From the IMG/VR virus record IMGVR_UViG_2724679073_000003: a stretch of DNA of 64,000 bases; one strand, written 5' to 3'. Below the pieces are notes generated by a model. That model saw only the letters and a list, made by a program, of their open reading frames with translations, was not told where the DNA came from and searched no databases. This DNA comes from a virus. Taxonomy: Duplodnaviria > Heunggongvirae > Uroviricota > Caudoviricetes. This document shows positions 30,443 to 40,638 of this stretch, in pieces (within the stretch, counting starts at the first letter, position 1; the number at the start of each line of letters is the position of its first letter). The translations under genes and the position numbers were made by a program.

Positions 30443-31021
30443 ATGTTGCGCTTTACTGAGGAAGAGTTTCAGGCTTTTAGTGAGCGTCGAAATAAGGGGC
30501 GGCCCAGGCCAAAAACCAAAAAGGATCCATTCTTATCGCTTGCGCCGGTAAAAGAAGTTTCTCCACATGCGAAGGCACTTGCAGCACTTGCAAAGAACCC
30601 AGACCTGCGCGACGGAAATTGCGAGCACTTCGAGCAGGTTTTCATTTTTGATTACTTCGAACGCAAGCACCCTGACATCTATGAGCTGTTGCATGCAACG
30701 CCTAACGGAGGGAAACGTTCAAAAGCAACCGCCGGGAAAATGAAGGCTGAAGGGCAGAAAAAAGGTTATCCGGACATGAGTCTCGATAAAGCATGCGGTA
30801 TTTATCACGGCATGCGAATTGAGCTTAAAGAACCAAATGGTAAAGCCCCGACGAAAGAGCAGATCGCCTGGATGCGCAGGCTTAGAGAGGAAGGTTACTA
30901 CGTCGTTCTTGCGTATGGTGCAGAACAAGCGATAACCGCCATCCTGGAATACATAAGCCTTAAAAAGGGTGAGGCTATTGAGCATGTATTGAACGGCGAC
31001 AAGTGGTTGTATGCTGCTTAA
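30443..31021 (+). CDS. VRR-NUC domain nuclease
   Basis: GQKKGYPDMSL ... GMRIELKEPNGKAPTKEQIAWMRRLREEGYYV pattern of VRR-NUC PD-(D/E)xK nucleases. Confidence 0.65.
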   Translation: MLRFTEEEFQAFSERRNKGRPRPKTKKDPFLSLAPVKEVSPHAKALAALAKNPDLRDGNCEHFEQVFIFDYFERKHPDIYELLHATPNGGKRSKATAGKMKAEGQKKGYPDMSLDKACGIYHGMRIELKEPNGKAPTKEQIAWMRRLREEGYYVVLAYGAEQAITAILEYISLKKGEAIEHVLNGDKWLYAA

Positions 31022-31184
31022 AATAATAAATTAATTAGTACATATGCGCCATTTGATATAGCGCACATTAACATCGGGAGAATAGTCGTGTCATCCAAGG
31101 CTAATTATGAATCGCTGGCATCGATCATGCCGCGTAATGAACAGGAAACAGATGCTGTAGTGGACCCGGTAATCGCTGAAATGA

Positions 31185-31847
31185 ATGCTCGCCTGGAGGC
31201 TGAATTTGCAGCTGAGAATGAACATACCACCCAGGGCGACTAGGACTGTTTTTTGTGTCGGTAGCGGTCCGTCACTCACTCGTGAGGACTGTGCTGCTAT
31301 AGAAAAAACTGGCTGTTCAATCATCGCGGTTAACAATTCCTGGCAGATGTTCGATGACATTTATGCCTTATACGCCGGTGATTTGTCATGGTGGAAGCAA
31401 TACGGATCCACCATACCGGGAGGGAAATTCCGCAAAGTGACAGCCAACCTGGCGGCGGCGAAATCATTTTCGTTGGAGTACAGGCGATATTGTGGACCGG
31501 CGGAAGGGGTAAATAGCGGCGCGCAGGCTATCAGTCTGGCTGCTGAATCAGGGGCTGAAGTAGTTGTATTAGTCGGCTATGACTGTTCTCTGCAAAACGG
31601 CCTTCATTGGCATGGCGCGCACCCTCAAGCCCTACGGAATCCAACGCAGGTGTCTATTTCAAAATGGCAACAGCAGTTCCTGGATACCCGCAAAAAACAC
31701 GCAGATTTACATATTTTGAATGCAAGTAGGAGCAGTGCAATTCAATGTTTCCCAAGAATAAATTTAGAGGCAGTGATCGCGTTATTATCGTCGGCAGTGG
31801 CCCAAGCGCCGCAAACTTTGTTGCGCCGCGCGGAGTGCCGATTATAG
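31185..31847 (+). CDS. Putative GT42/DUF115 (Cst-II/MptE-like) transferase, paralog 1
   Basis: Motifs CVGSGPSL, IIAVNNSW, VLVGYDCS, HWHGAH; start uncertain (ATG 31185 or 31218); small overlapping ORF 31088..31249. Confidence 0.5.
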   Translation: MLAWRLNLQLRMNIPPRATRTVFCVGSGPSLTREDCAAIEKTGCSIIAVNNSWQMFDDIYALYAGDLSWWKQYGSTIPGGKFRKVTANLAAAKSFSLEYRRYCGPAEGVNSGAQAISLAAESGAEVVVLVGYDCSLQNGLHWHGAHPQALRNPTQVSISKWQQQFLDTRKKHADLHILNASRSSAIQCFPRINLEAVIALLSSAVAQAPQTLLRRAECRL

Positions 31848-32371
31848 CGGTCAATGGGGCCATCGACTGGCTGAACCGCGCTTCTTATTTTTTCACACTT
31901 GATCCATCGCCAGACAATATGCGGCGCGTTGGTCGTGGCCGCCGTCGCCGTGGTGTTTGTTATTGCATGGCACTACCCGATGTTAAAGAACGTGAAGTCA
32001 GAGACGGCGTTCTGTGCTTCCGTCGTGTGGCTGAACGTGGCATGGAGCCAAAAAATATGAATTCTCCCGAGTGGTGGGCGTGGCGCTGGTCCGCACATTT
32101 CGGACTTTGCGAAGATGAGAATGAAATTGCCAGCGGCAATAGTGCATATGGCGCTCTGAACCTGGCTTTCCATATCGGATTCAAACATGTCGCCCTGGTG
32201 GGCGTTGACGCTACACAAGAACCACGCGTTCACTCCGGCGGCACGCCAAAAAATCTAAGTCACCTGCCTTTGTTATTCCAGTCTGCGCGTGAACAGATTG
32301 ACGTTGTTTCATGCGGGAAAATGGGAGGTATTCCGCAGATGACTCTTAAAGAATGGCTGAAGAATACATGA
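31745..32371 (+). CDS. Putative GT42/DUF115-like transferase, paralog 2
   Basis: Motifs [30 protein letters not shown]; overlaps paralog 1 by about 100 nt. Confidence 0.5.
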   Translation: MFPKNKFRGSDRVIIVGSGPSAANFVAPRGVPIIAVNGAIDWLNRASYFFTLDPSPDNMRRVGRGRRRRGVCYCMALPDVKEREVRDGVLCFRRVAERGMEPKNMNSPEWWAWRWSAHFGLCEDENEIASGNSAYGALNLAFHIGFKHVALVGVDATQEPRVHSGGTPKNLSHLPLLFQSAREQIDVVSCGKMGGIPQMTLKEWLKNT

Positions 32372-33045
32372 TGGCACCCACAATTTATCACCGTATCGAC
32401 GGTACCAAATACAGGAATGTCTGGGTTGTTGGTGATCTGCATGGTTGCTACACCAGACTGATGTCCGAACTCCATCGTGTGGATTTTGACCCGGCGCAGG
32501 ATTTACTGATATCGGTCGGCGACCTTATCGATCGCGGTACTGAAAATGTCGAATGTCTGGAACTATTGCAGATGCCCTGGTTCAGGGCAGTGATGGGGAA
32601 CCATGAGCGGCTGATGATTGATGCGTTAAGTCCAGATGGCAACGTGAATAACTGGCTAATGAATGGCGGACAATGGTTCTTCATGCTGGACACTGATCAG
32701 GAAATATTAGCCTGGGCGCTGGTGGAGCTGGTAAAGCGTCTGCCCTATATCATTGAGTTGAACACCGGGCAAGAAACTATCGTTATAGCCCATGCCGACT
32801 ATCCGGATAATGAATACCAATTCGGTAAGGAGGTGCCGCTTTTCAACGTTGTCTGGGCGCGCGAGCGTATCAGTGATTCGATGGATGATATTGGTGGCGA
32901 AATTTCGGGCGCAGATCGTTTTATCTTTGGTCACACTCCGGTGAAAAGCCCGAAGACATTCTGGAATCAGCAGTATATCGACACTGGTGCCGTATTTTGC
33001 GGAAACCTGACATTGATGAAAGTGAAAGGTGATGGTGCAGCATGA
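32353..33045 (+). CDS. ppp: Ser/Thr protein phosphatase, lambda PPase-like
   Basis: Near-collinear match to lambda phosphatase as recalled: [64 protein letters not shown]. Confidence 0.85.
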   Translation: MAEEYMMAPTIYHRIDGTKYRNVWVVGDLHGCYTRLMSELHRVDFDPAQDLLISVGDLIDRGTENVECLELLQMPWFRAVMGNHERLMIDALSPDGNVNNWLMNGGQWFFMLDTDQEILAWALVELVKRLPYIIELNTGQETIVIAHADYPDNEYQFGKEVPLFNVVWARERISDSMDDIGGEISGADRFIFGHTPVKSPKTFWNQQYIDTGAVFCGNLTLMKVKGDGAA

Positions 33046-33743
33046 AGATTGCTTTAGTTTTTCGCTCTGGTGGTGACTATAACGCTTCCGATGTGCAGTG
33101 GCTGGTTAATCAACTGCCAAAAGGCTATGAAATTATTTGCCTGACAGACCTGAAGCGTTTACATGTACCTGGCGTCAAAGTTGTCCCATTGATCAACCAG
33201 TGGCAAAAGTGCCGTGGCTGGTGGGCGAAAATCGAGTTGTTCCGACCGGATATAACAGATGATCTGTTCTATCTGGATTTGGACACAGTTATTGCCGGTG
33301 ATATACGCCCAATCCTTGAGAATCCACCAACCAGCTTCACCATGCTTAGGGATTTTTACCATCCACAATATCGTGGTAGCGGTGCCCTGTGGATACCAAA
33401 TAGTGTAAAAGCGCATATCTGGAGTTCATTCTGGCAAGATCCGGAAGGTTGGATTTCTCGTTGTGTCACTACTGAGTGCTGGGGTGATCAGGGGTTCTTA
33501 CGGAAGGTTATGGGCGATGATACACCAGCATTTCAGGATCTGTATCCAGGATGGTTTGTAAGTTACAAGGCCGATGTTGTGGAACCTGGTTCAAAATATG
33601 CGAGCGCGCGTTACTCCAGGGGGAATGGGGCATTACCAAAGGACTGCCGAATAATCTTTTTCCACGGCAAACCGCGACCTCGCGAAGTGTCAGAGGATTG
33701 GCTTCCCCTTATTAGCTCGTTTTTTGAGCGAGAATCAGAATAA
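33042..33743 (+). CDS. Putative DXD-motif (GT-A-like) glycosyltransferase
   Basis: Rossmann-like N-terminus [13 protein letters not shown] and FYLDLDTVI (DxD) motif; translationally coupled to ppp. Confidence 0.45.
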   Translation: MKIALVFRSGGDYNASDVQWLVNQLPKGYEIICLTDLKRLHVPGVKVVPLINQWQKCRGWWAKIELFRPDITDDLFYLDLDTVIAGDIRPILENPPTSFTMLRDFYHPQYRGSGALWIPNSVKAHIWSSFWQDPEGWISRCVTTECWGDQGFLRKVMGDDTPAFQDLYPGWFVSYKADVVEPGSKYASARYSRGNGALPKDCRIIFFHGKPRPREVSEDWLPLISSFFERESE

Positions 33744-33744
33744 T

Positions 33745-33761
33745 ATTGCTCTAATAATTCC
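33745..33761 (+). promoter_or_regulatory. C1 operator (left of hairpin)
   Basis: ATTGCTCTAATAATTCC, first 13 positions match consensus. Confidence 0.6.
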
Positions 33762-33769
33762 ATATTTTT

Positions 33770-33797
33770 AAAACGTGATGTACACTCATCACGTTTT
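33770..33797. terminator. Perfect 11-bp stem hairpin with T-run (bidirectional terminator candidate)
   Basis: AAAACGTGATG-TACACT-CATCACGTTTT then TTA. Confidence 0.6.
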
Positions 33798-33810
33798 TTA
33801 TTAGAGCAAT
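33794..33810 (-). promoter_or_regulatory. C1 operator (right of hairpin, inverted orientation)
   Basis: TTTTTTATTAGAGCAAT, reverse complement ATTGCTCTAATAAAAAA. Confidence 0.6.
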
Positions 33811-33824
33811 CTACAAGGTGCACT

Positions 33825-34043
33825 ATGTGGCCATTCCGACGGAAATATCACTACTGGCTGATCGCCTTTGTTACGCCGACCGGCGGTATCAGGCATGTCA
33901 TCACCAGGTATCGCAACAAGAGACTCACCTTAGCCAGAATTTTACAGGCTGCCATAGGTGAGGGACTGGATACAAATTGCGTAGTCCTTCCTCCTTCATA
34001 CTTAGGAAAAATGACCGAAGCACAAGCTAATACGGAACTTTGA
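33825..34043 (+). CDS. Small hypothetical protein, 72 aa
   Basis: ORF downstream of operator pair. Confidence 0.3.
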   Translation: MWPFRRKYHYWLIAFVTPTGGIRHVITRYRNKRLTLARILQAAIGEGLDTNCVVLPPSYLGKMTEAQANTEL

Positions 34044-34044
34044 A

Positions 34045-35307
34045 ATGAGCACTTCAGCACAAAACCAATCAATCGAAAATGTATCTATCCCTGATGTCCT
34101 GAATGCCGGTATCCCGGCCATTATCCAGAACATCCGGGCCGCGCAACGCCGCGTTAGTTGTGATGACCTCACAGCACGTTTTTTTGATAATGCGGTTCAG
34201 TCAGCGGAGATGCTTCACGCACAGCTTATTGATGTTTATAACGCAGAAGCTGATAGCCATAACTCCCTGGTAGATGCAGCTGAAAATATGCAGTTGGATC
34301 TCGGTCTGAAGGGTAAAGAAATTGAAGAGCTTCAGCTGCAAATTGAACATTTGAAACGCCAGCAACAGGACGCGATCGACGATGCGACGCATGACGCCAA
34401 CCAGCGTGCTGATAATGCCGAACGTATAAGCATTGAGCTGGAAACAAAACTCAATGAAATGACCGCGATGGTTGAACTGCGGAACTCACAGATTTCAACG
34501 CTAAAATCTCAATATAAAGAGATCATGAAACTTGATCCTTTTAACCTTGAGAAACGCTATAACAAAGCTAAAAGCGAGCGACAGGAACTGCGTAAGCAGG
34601 TCGCCGACCTTAACCAACAGCTCAAAAAAACTATTAAAGATGCAAGCGAAGCGCGCGTGGCATTTGCTAATAAAAAAGCAGAGGTTACCGCGCTGGTTAA
34701 TGAGAATGCCAAATTTGCGACGCTCAAGAAGGAAATGTATGGCATTACTGAGCGCCGTTTCCCTGCAAGCAAACTTCATCCGACGTTAGGGCAAATCTCC
34801 TTCTTCCCGCGCCTCCTGGCTTATGGGATCTCATCGCCTAAAGAGTTCAATAACGAGCGTCCTTATATCGTTTCTAAGCTGGACTTTGCTTATCAGTTCT
34901 GCTGCGACATGGGCTATGCCATTGATATCCGGATCAACGAATGGTTGATGCCAAACTTCCAGCCGTTGGCCATTTTCCGCGAGTTCCAGCCGGAAGGTTG
35001 GGTAGAGTTCTTCCATGAATTGATCTGTAAAGAGATGGAAAGCCGCCGCCCGGAACTGGTCCGTCGAGTTGAGTGGGCGCAAGAGGTTATGTTGGCAGAG
35101 GCAGAGCTGCCGTTCGAACCGGAATTTATTGATGATCTGGCAGCTAAAGGGCTGCATACCCTGTTTGATGTGGTTACCCGCCGTCATGAGCAGTTGGTTG
35201 TCGAATTGGGTTTAGAGGAAACAGCGGCAAGAAGACTTCTCGATGTTTGCTATGCACGTAGCGATGCATGGGAAAAAGAGAACGGCGGCACTATTTACGT
35301 TCGCTGA
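34045..35307 (+). CDS. Coiled-coil protein, 420 aa
   Basis: Long heptad-rich central region. Confidence 0.55.
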   Translation: MSTSAQNQSIENVSIPDVLNAGIPAIIQNIRAAQRRVSCDDLTARFFDNAVQSAEMLHAQLIDVYNAEADSHNSLVDAAENMQLDLGLKGKEIEELQLQIEHLKRQQQDAIDDATHDANQRADNAERISIELETKLNEMTAMVELRNSQISTLKSQYKEIMKLDPFNLEKRYNKAKSERQELRKQVADLNQQLKKTIKDASEARVAFANKKAEVTALVNENAKFATLKKEMYGITERRFPASKLHPTLGQISFFPRLLAYGISSPKEFNNERPYIVSKLDFAYQFCCDMGYAIDIRINEWLMPNFQPLAIFREFQPEGWVEFFHELICKEMESRRPELVRRVEWAQEVMLAEAELPFEPEFIDDLAAKGLHTLFDVVTRRHEQLVVELGLEETAARRLLDVCYARSDAWEKENGGTIYVR

Positions 35308-35379
35308 CAGTTACAGTGTCACTTTTAATGCTGGTGGAGTGCGCCCACCAGCATTTTTTTCGTCCAATGAGGAGGGCAT

Positions 35380-35886
35380 TTGAGTATTTTCAATAAACAC
35401 GCACACCAGGAACGTCCGTATATCGTCATAGTTGATATTGATGGAACAATATCAGAGGCAACTGAAGACAGACTGCATTTGCTTCCGCCACCAGGTAAAG
35501 GTGCATTAACAAAGGACTGGAACGAGTTTAATCTCGCCTGTGACACTGATACTCCCATAACTCCAGTTATTGATATTGTGCGCCAGTTATTTAACGTTTA
35601 CACGGTCTGGTTTGTAACCGGGCGCTGTGAGATCGCAAGGGATAAAACACGAGCCTGGCTGCGGAAGTACGTAACAAACGGGGCTGAGCCTTTGCTATCT
35701 ATGCGTCCTGCCACCGATGACAGAAATGACGGCCCAGCAAAGATTGATCTCCTTAAGAAAATTGGTCTAAGTAAAATCGCGTTCGCGCTGGAAGATAAGA
35801 TTGAAGTGGCGCGTGTTTTCAGGAGGCACGGCGTGCTTACGTTAATGGTCAGGGAGTATGAAAACGCGCTTCTCCATCAACAATAA
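35380..35886 (+). CDS. HAD-superfamily phosphatase (possible pap position)
   Basis: Motif I VIVDIDGTIS; motif II VWFVTGR; lysine/aspartate motifs downstream. Confidence 0.6.
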   Translation: MSIFNKHAHQERPYIVIVDIDGTISEATEDRLHLLPPPGKGALTKDWNEFNLACDTDTPITPVIDIVRQLFNVYTVWFVTGRCEIARDKTRAWLRKYVTNGAEPLLSMRPATDDRNDGPAKIDLLKKIGLSKIAFALEDKIEVARVFRRHGVLTLMVREYENALLHQQ

Positions 35887-35902
35887 TTGCTCTAATAAAT
35901 AT
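35886..35902 (+). promoter_or_regulatory. C1 operator
   Basis: ATTGCTCTAATAAATAT 16/17. Confidence 0.7.
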
Positions 35903-36080
35903 TGATTTTTAAAACAGAGAAAGTGAAAATAAAAACATGCCGCAAGGCGCGGCATGTATCCAATCAATCACAGGAGCTGAAAATATGAACACGGCATTCA
36001 AAATCATTATGGCCGCGATCTATTTCTGGCTGTTCTCTATCACTTTTGGCGGCATCGTCGCACATGGGTAAGGGGGATGC

Positions 36081-36662
36081 ATGAAAGGCGAAGTGAAAGA
36101 GCGCGGCATGATTTTTAACGATGAGATGGTCCGGGCAATTCTTGGCGGGAATAAAACACAGACTCGCAGGATTGTTGAAGAAAAATTCTATGGACGGGCA
36201 GTGGCCGCAGAGTTGCTTGCCAAGCATTGTCCATATGGTCAACCTGGCGATCGTATTTGGGTTCGCGAAACCTACCGGGTACATGGCAAAGCGACGGACG
36301 TCGCAACGCTGGTTTATCGCGCAAGCGTGCGTAACTCCTGGACAGAACAAACGCACCGGGTTCCGGTCGAGGTTTGTAATAAACCAGTATCAGAAAAGTG
36401 GACGCCATCAATTCACATGCCGCGCTGGGCATCGCGCATTCTTCTGGAAATTACCAACGTGCGCGTTGAGCGGTTGAACGATATCAGCGAATGCGATGCA
36501 AGGGCTGAGGGCGCACCAACAGAATCGACCCTCATTGGCGATAAGCATTACCCAGGTTTCCGTAGCCTATGGAAATCAATTTATGGCGAAGATAGTTGGA
36601 ACGCTAATCCCTGGGTGTGGGTAATCGAGTTTGAGCGTATTCAGGGGGCAACCAGTGAGTAA
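36081..36662 (+). CDS. ASCH (PUA-like) domain protein
   Basis: MVRAILGGNKTQTRRI ... PGDRIWVRE ... HMPRWASRILLEI. Confidence 0.55.
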   Translation: MKGEVKERGMIFNDEMVRAILGGNKTQTRRIVEEKFYGRAVAAELLAKHCPYGQPGDRIWVRETYRVHGKATDVATLVYRASVRNSWTEQTHRVPVEVCNKPVSEKWTPSIHMPRWASRILLEITNVRVERLNDISECDARAEGAPTESTLIGDKHYPGFRSLWKSIYGEDSWNANPWVWVIEFERIQGATSE

Positions 36663-37299
36663 CCGTTTTTACATGATGTGCTTGCGTGAAACTGTGGGTA
36701 ATAACGCCTCATTCCATTGCCATAACGGCAATGGTTACAGTTCTGATATCGATCGCGCTCATATTTACACGCTGGAAGAAGCCCAAAAAGCCTGGAATTG
36801 TGGGCGAGATATCGATCAGCCTGTTTGTGCCGATAGTGTGGATGCAATGGCTGTGTGGCACGTTGATTGCCAGTACATCCCTACAGAAAGCCTGATTGAG
36901 TCAGATTGCACTGAGTATGTGGCCTACAAAAAAGGTAGCTGGAACGGCAACGATGTTTACTGGCTTCAACACGGTGGATTGCCAACAGATGACTTCAGTA
37001 AAGCGACCATCTTTAGCGTCGTCAACAAAAACGAACCAGGAATAGTTTGGTTGCCATTTTCCATTGCTGATGCAGCAAAGCGCCGGACGTTCAATATCAA
37101 TAACTTTAACCGCAGAACAATGGTTCAGGGCGCAGGGTTGGTCATGCCTGACTGGTTGAAAGAGCAGAACAGAAGAAAGAAGTCGCGAAGCGGGAAGGTG
37201 CGTTGGAATTGTCCGCATTGCGGAAAAATAACCTGGCAGTACAGCCCATATGATTTTGAAGGCTGTAGTGATTACAACTGTGAAGGATGGCGAGAATGA
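36654..37299 (+). CDS. Cys-rich protein with C-terminal zinc ribbon
   Basis: NCPHCGKITWQYSPYDFEGCSDYNCEGW; start uncertain (GTG 36654 or ATG 36673). Confidence 0.45.
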
Positions 37300-38162
37300 C
37301 AATTGACTATCAGGTACTGCGTGAGGCGGCAGAAAAGGCAACACCAGACGAATGGGTCGCATTTATTTCGACGGATACTGGTACTTATGCGGTGCACACG
37401 CCCGGTGATGAACGATGTGAAGACGTTATCAAATGGACCGGCTTTGATGGACAGAAAAATGCAGAGAACAACGCTCGTTATGTTGCCGCGTTCAACCCAA
37501 AGGTTGCACTGGAGCTGCTTGGTGAAATTAAGCGCCTGGAGGACACAAATATTGATGCTATGTGTCGAATTGCAGAGCTAGAGACTAATCTCGCGGCGCT
37601 GGCAGCGGAGAATGCGGCGCTGAAGGCCGGGGCTATGTATTTCTCATATGGCTCTGAATTTAGTTTCGAGTGTCACAAAACTGCTGAGGAGGCTATCGCT
37701 GCTGCTGAGGCTGCAATTGACGACTATAGAGGCGATGCTTGCGATGGATGGAGCGAAGAGGTCGAAAGCATTTGCTGGGGGGTAATTATTCAGCAGGCAA
37801 CCAAGGTCGGTGAACGCAAGAAGAGGAAATGCGACAGAGTATCACCATGGATTGAAAGAGTTTGTGATTATGAGCTTCGACCTAATGTCGAAACCCCAGC
37901 CACCGATGCTTTCCTGTCTGAAATTCGTGCGGAAGCACGCAACGAGGGGATTAACTATACCGCCAGCCGTCTTGCTGCTGCGTTCAATCACGGATTTATC
38001 AATAAGTCTTTGCGTGAAGTTTTCGACGTTACACGCATGATTTTGTCAGCGAAAGAAGAGTTGGCTAATGAAGCGCATCCGATTGATGGCCTGTCTGGTG
38101 AATATGCGGAGAAATCCCTTGAAGAATGGGCGGAACAAATTCGCAAAGGAAGCAGCCAGTGA
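37287..38162 (+). CDS. Paralog family member 1 (IDYQ-LRE-AEK N-terminus, PATDAFL and RKG C-terminus)
   Basis: Shares N-terminal TIDYQVLREAAEKATPDEW and C-terminal PATDAFLSEIRAE ... AEQIRKGSSQ with the two downstream genes. Confidence 0.55.
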   Translation: MARMTIDYQVLREAAEKATPDEWVAFISTDTGTYAVHTPGDERCEDVIKWTGFDGQKNAENNARYVAAFNPKVALELLGEIKRLEDTNIDAMCRIAELETNLAALAAENAALKAGAMYFSYGSEFSFECHKTAEEAIAAAEAAIDDYRGDACDGWSEEVESICWGVIIQQATKVGERKKRKCDRVSPWIERVCDYELRPNVETPATDAFLSEIRAEARNEGINYTASRLAAAFNHGFINKSLREVFDVTRMILSAKEELANEAHPIDGLSGEYAEKSLEEWAEQIRKGSSQ

Positions 38163-38449
38163 ATATCGACACGACAATAACGATCGATACGCTCCTAAAT
38201 ACCGGTCTGGCACTTCTCGGTTGGCTTTACATCATGTCCCGCACATGGCGATGGCTGGGTTCCATTTTCCTAAAACAGTGGAAAAAACGGCGCAAACAGG
38301 AACTACGCCAGAAGGCATTAGAAGCGTTCTATGACGCATTTGAGCTTAGCCGCATTGAACCAGGTACAACAGCCAGGATAGCGACAAAAGGCGACCTGAT
38401 GATAGTGATGTTCCGACAGGAGAGAGCAGAGAAAGGGGAATCAGCATGA
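38158..38449 (+). CDS. Small membrane protein
   Basis: GTG start overlapping upstream stop; TM LLNTGLALLGWLYIM then basic stretch. Confidence 0.4.
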
Positions 38450-39180
38450 AATTTTCCAAATTTTCTGAGTTGGTGAATCGTATTTTGTCCAACAACCACA
38501 GCCATCGTCGCGATATGGATGTAACAATCGTTGTTCATTCGCCTGGCAGCATTGGTTCAACACCTTCAGTTGAGGTTCAGTCAATTCACGCTGGTTTTGA
38601 TTGGGATTCCGGGAAAGTGCTTATTTTCCCATCACAGCCACTGACCACGCTAACACCAGAACAGATTACTGATATCACTGATAGTGTGCGCAAAGGTCAG
38701 TCTTGGCACGCATATCAGGAATACAAGAAGCATCAAGAGCAGTTGGAAAAATTGTCGATTGAACTGGATGCCGCAAAACAGCGCATTGCAGAGCTGGAGG
38801 GTAATCGCACGGCGCTGGCAGTCGAGAATGAGCTGGCTCGTAAGGCAGTTCAGGCATTCTGCGATGTTGTTGGCGACAACACCGAGGTTATCGCTGAGGT
38901 GGTTGGGCGAGATGGCGTTCTGGTTATTTTGGAGGCCATGAAGGCAACAGGAAATATGCCAGCCACCGATGCTTTCCTGGCTGAAGTGCGGGCGCAGGGC
39001 GTGGATGCTGCTATAGAAGCTGCAAAAAATCTGGTGGCCCAAGAATATGAGTATAAGGATTTCAAAGCGGCGCAGAGTGATTGCTGTATGCACCCTGGTT
39101 CAGACCTGGTAGGGAAGGTTGAAATGACTGAGTGGTTAGTTGACTTTGCTGCCCAGCTTCGCAAAGGAGGCAACCAGTGA
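38446..39180 (+). CDS. Paralog family member 2
   Basis: Contains PATDAFLAEVRAQG ... AAQLRKGGNQ and coiled-coil LEKLSIELDAAKQRIAELEGNRTALAVENE matching member 1. Confidence 0.55.
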   Translation: MKFSKFSELVNRILSNNHSHRRDMDVTIVVHSPGSIGSTPSVEVQSIHAGFDWDSGKVLIFPSQPLTTLTPEQITDITDSVRKGQSWHAYQEYKKHQEQLEKLSIELDAAKQRIAELEGNRTALAVENELARKAVQAFCDVVGDNTEVIAEVVGRDGVLVILEAMKATGNMPATDAFLAEVRAQGVDAAIEAAKNLVAQEYEYKDFKAAQSDCCMHPGSDLVGKVEMTEWLVDFAAQLRKGGNQ

Positions 39181-39821
39181 GCAAGATTGATTATCAAAAG
39201 CTTCGTGAAATCGCTGAAAAAACAAAAATTGCTGGTGAAGCACCTGTAATGCCCTTCGATCAGCGAATTAATGCGCTTAACGATTTTATGAAGCACTTTT
39301 CGCCAGATATCGCGCTGGCACTGCTGGATGAACTGGAAAGAAACCAGCAATACATCAAATCACGCGACCAGGAGAACGAGGAAATTGCGCTAACGGTAGG
39401 GAAGCTGCGTGTTGAGCTGGAAGGCAAAGACAGCAAAATAGCCAATCTTACCGCCGAACGCGATGCTCTTCGTGAAGGTGAGATGGGCGACGCTAGGCAT
39501 AGCAACACACGGGCCGCAGCTGATATCTACTTCCAACTGGTCGAGGAGTGCGAAATTCCTGCTGGCGGATCTCTGGTCGAGTACGTTGACGATATGCGCG
39601 AGAAGCTGGAAGCCGCAGAGAAGCGCATTGCAGAGTTAGAAAGTGGTTCTCAGGCACAAAAGTTAGTTGAAGCAATCATTGTTGCGATAGAAAACGAACA
39701 GGAAAGGCTTTTTGATGAAGATTACCTAATGGATTCGAAAGAATGCATTGACGTAATTCGTGAAGAAGTAAAGCGATGGAATGATTCCCGTGCCGCTGGC
39801 ATTCGCATCAAAGGAGAGTGA
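39177..39821 (+). CDS. Paralog family member 3
   Basis: N-terminal KIDYQKLREIAEKTKIAGEAP and ALALLDELERNQ coiled coil parallel to member 1. Confidence 0.55.
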   Translation: MSKIDYQKLREIAEKTKIAGEAPVMPFDQRINALNDFMKHFSPDIALALLDELERNQQYIKSRDQENEEIALTVGKLRVELEGKDSKIANLTAERDALREGEMGDARHSNTRAAADIYFQLVEECEIPAGGSLVEYVDDMREKLEAAEKRIAELESGSQAQKLVEAIIVAIENEQERLFDEDYLMDSKECIDVIREEVKRWNDSRAAGIRIKGE

Positions 39822-39823
39822 TA

Positions 39824-40086
39824 TGGCAACTTTAACAAAAAAAGAACGGGCATGGTTGAACGAATTACAGGACGTTCTTGATCGCTGCCCATCACCGAAA
39901 AAAATTGGTTTTTACACCATTGGCGATAAAAGCATTTACCTGTATGACCTGCGCCGCATGGATGAAATCATGGAGGCTCTTGATAATCGTTCGTCGATGG
40001 ATTGGTGTGTTGCTGTCCATGATATGAATGCCGGATTTGATGAAAAGATTTTATTCCCTTCATCAGTTGAAAGCACAGCAGGATAA
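39824..40086 (+). CDS. Hypothetical protein
   Basis: ORF beginning MATLTKKERAWLNELQDVL. Confidence 0.45.
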
Positions 40087-40122
40087 GGACTAACACATGA
40101 CAACATGGGAAAGGAAAGTGAT

Positions 40123-40638
40123 ATGGCGTTAACACACCACGAACTCTGTCAGATTGCGTACAAGTTCCTTAAGCGCAACGGGTTCAAGGTTTGCTTTCAT
40201 GACCGCTTTGTTGCTGTAACCAGTACCGGAGAACAGCCAGATGCTATGGGATTCAGAAATTCAGCATCATGCCTGATAGAGGCGAAGTGTTCTCGTGCTG
40301 ACTTGTTGGCAGATAGAAAAAAGCGTTTCCGTAAAAATCCCTCACTTGGCATGGGCGACTGGCGATTCTTTATTAGTGAGCCGGAAATTATTTCAGTTGA
40401 GGATTTACCTCCCGGCTGGGGATTACTTCACGTTGTTAACGGAAGAGTACGGAAAGTACATGGATGGCCCAGGGGTAATTGCTGTTGGGGTAATCCTGAC
40501 GATAAGCCATTTACTGGGAATAAGCAGGTTGAATGCGATTACATGTTATCTGCATTAAGGCGCATGGAGCTAAGAGGACACCTTAATGAAATATATGACG
40601 GTGTAATTGTTAATAAGAAAGAAGGAAACGCGGCATGA
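40123..40638 (+). CDS. PD-(D/E)xK nuclease-like protein
   Basis: GEQPDAMGF ... CLIEAKCS (D ... E-x-K arrangement); RBS GGAAAGGAAAG before ATG 40123. Confidence 0.45.
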   Translation: MALTHHELCQIAYKFLKRNGFKVCFHDRFVAVTSTGEQPDAMGFRNSASCLIEAKCSRADLLADRKKRFRKNPSLGMGDWRFFISEPEIISVEDLPPGWGLLHVVNGRVRKVHGWPRGNCCWGNPDDKPFTGNKQVECDYMLSALRRMELRGHLNEIYDGVIVNKKEGNAA

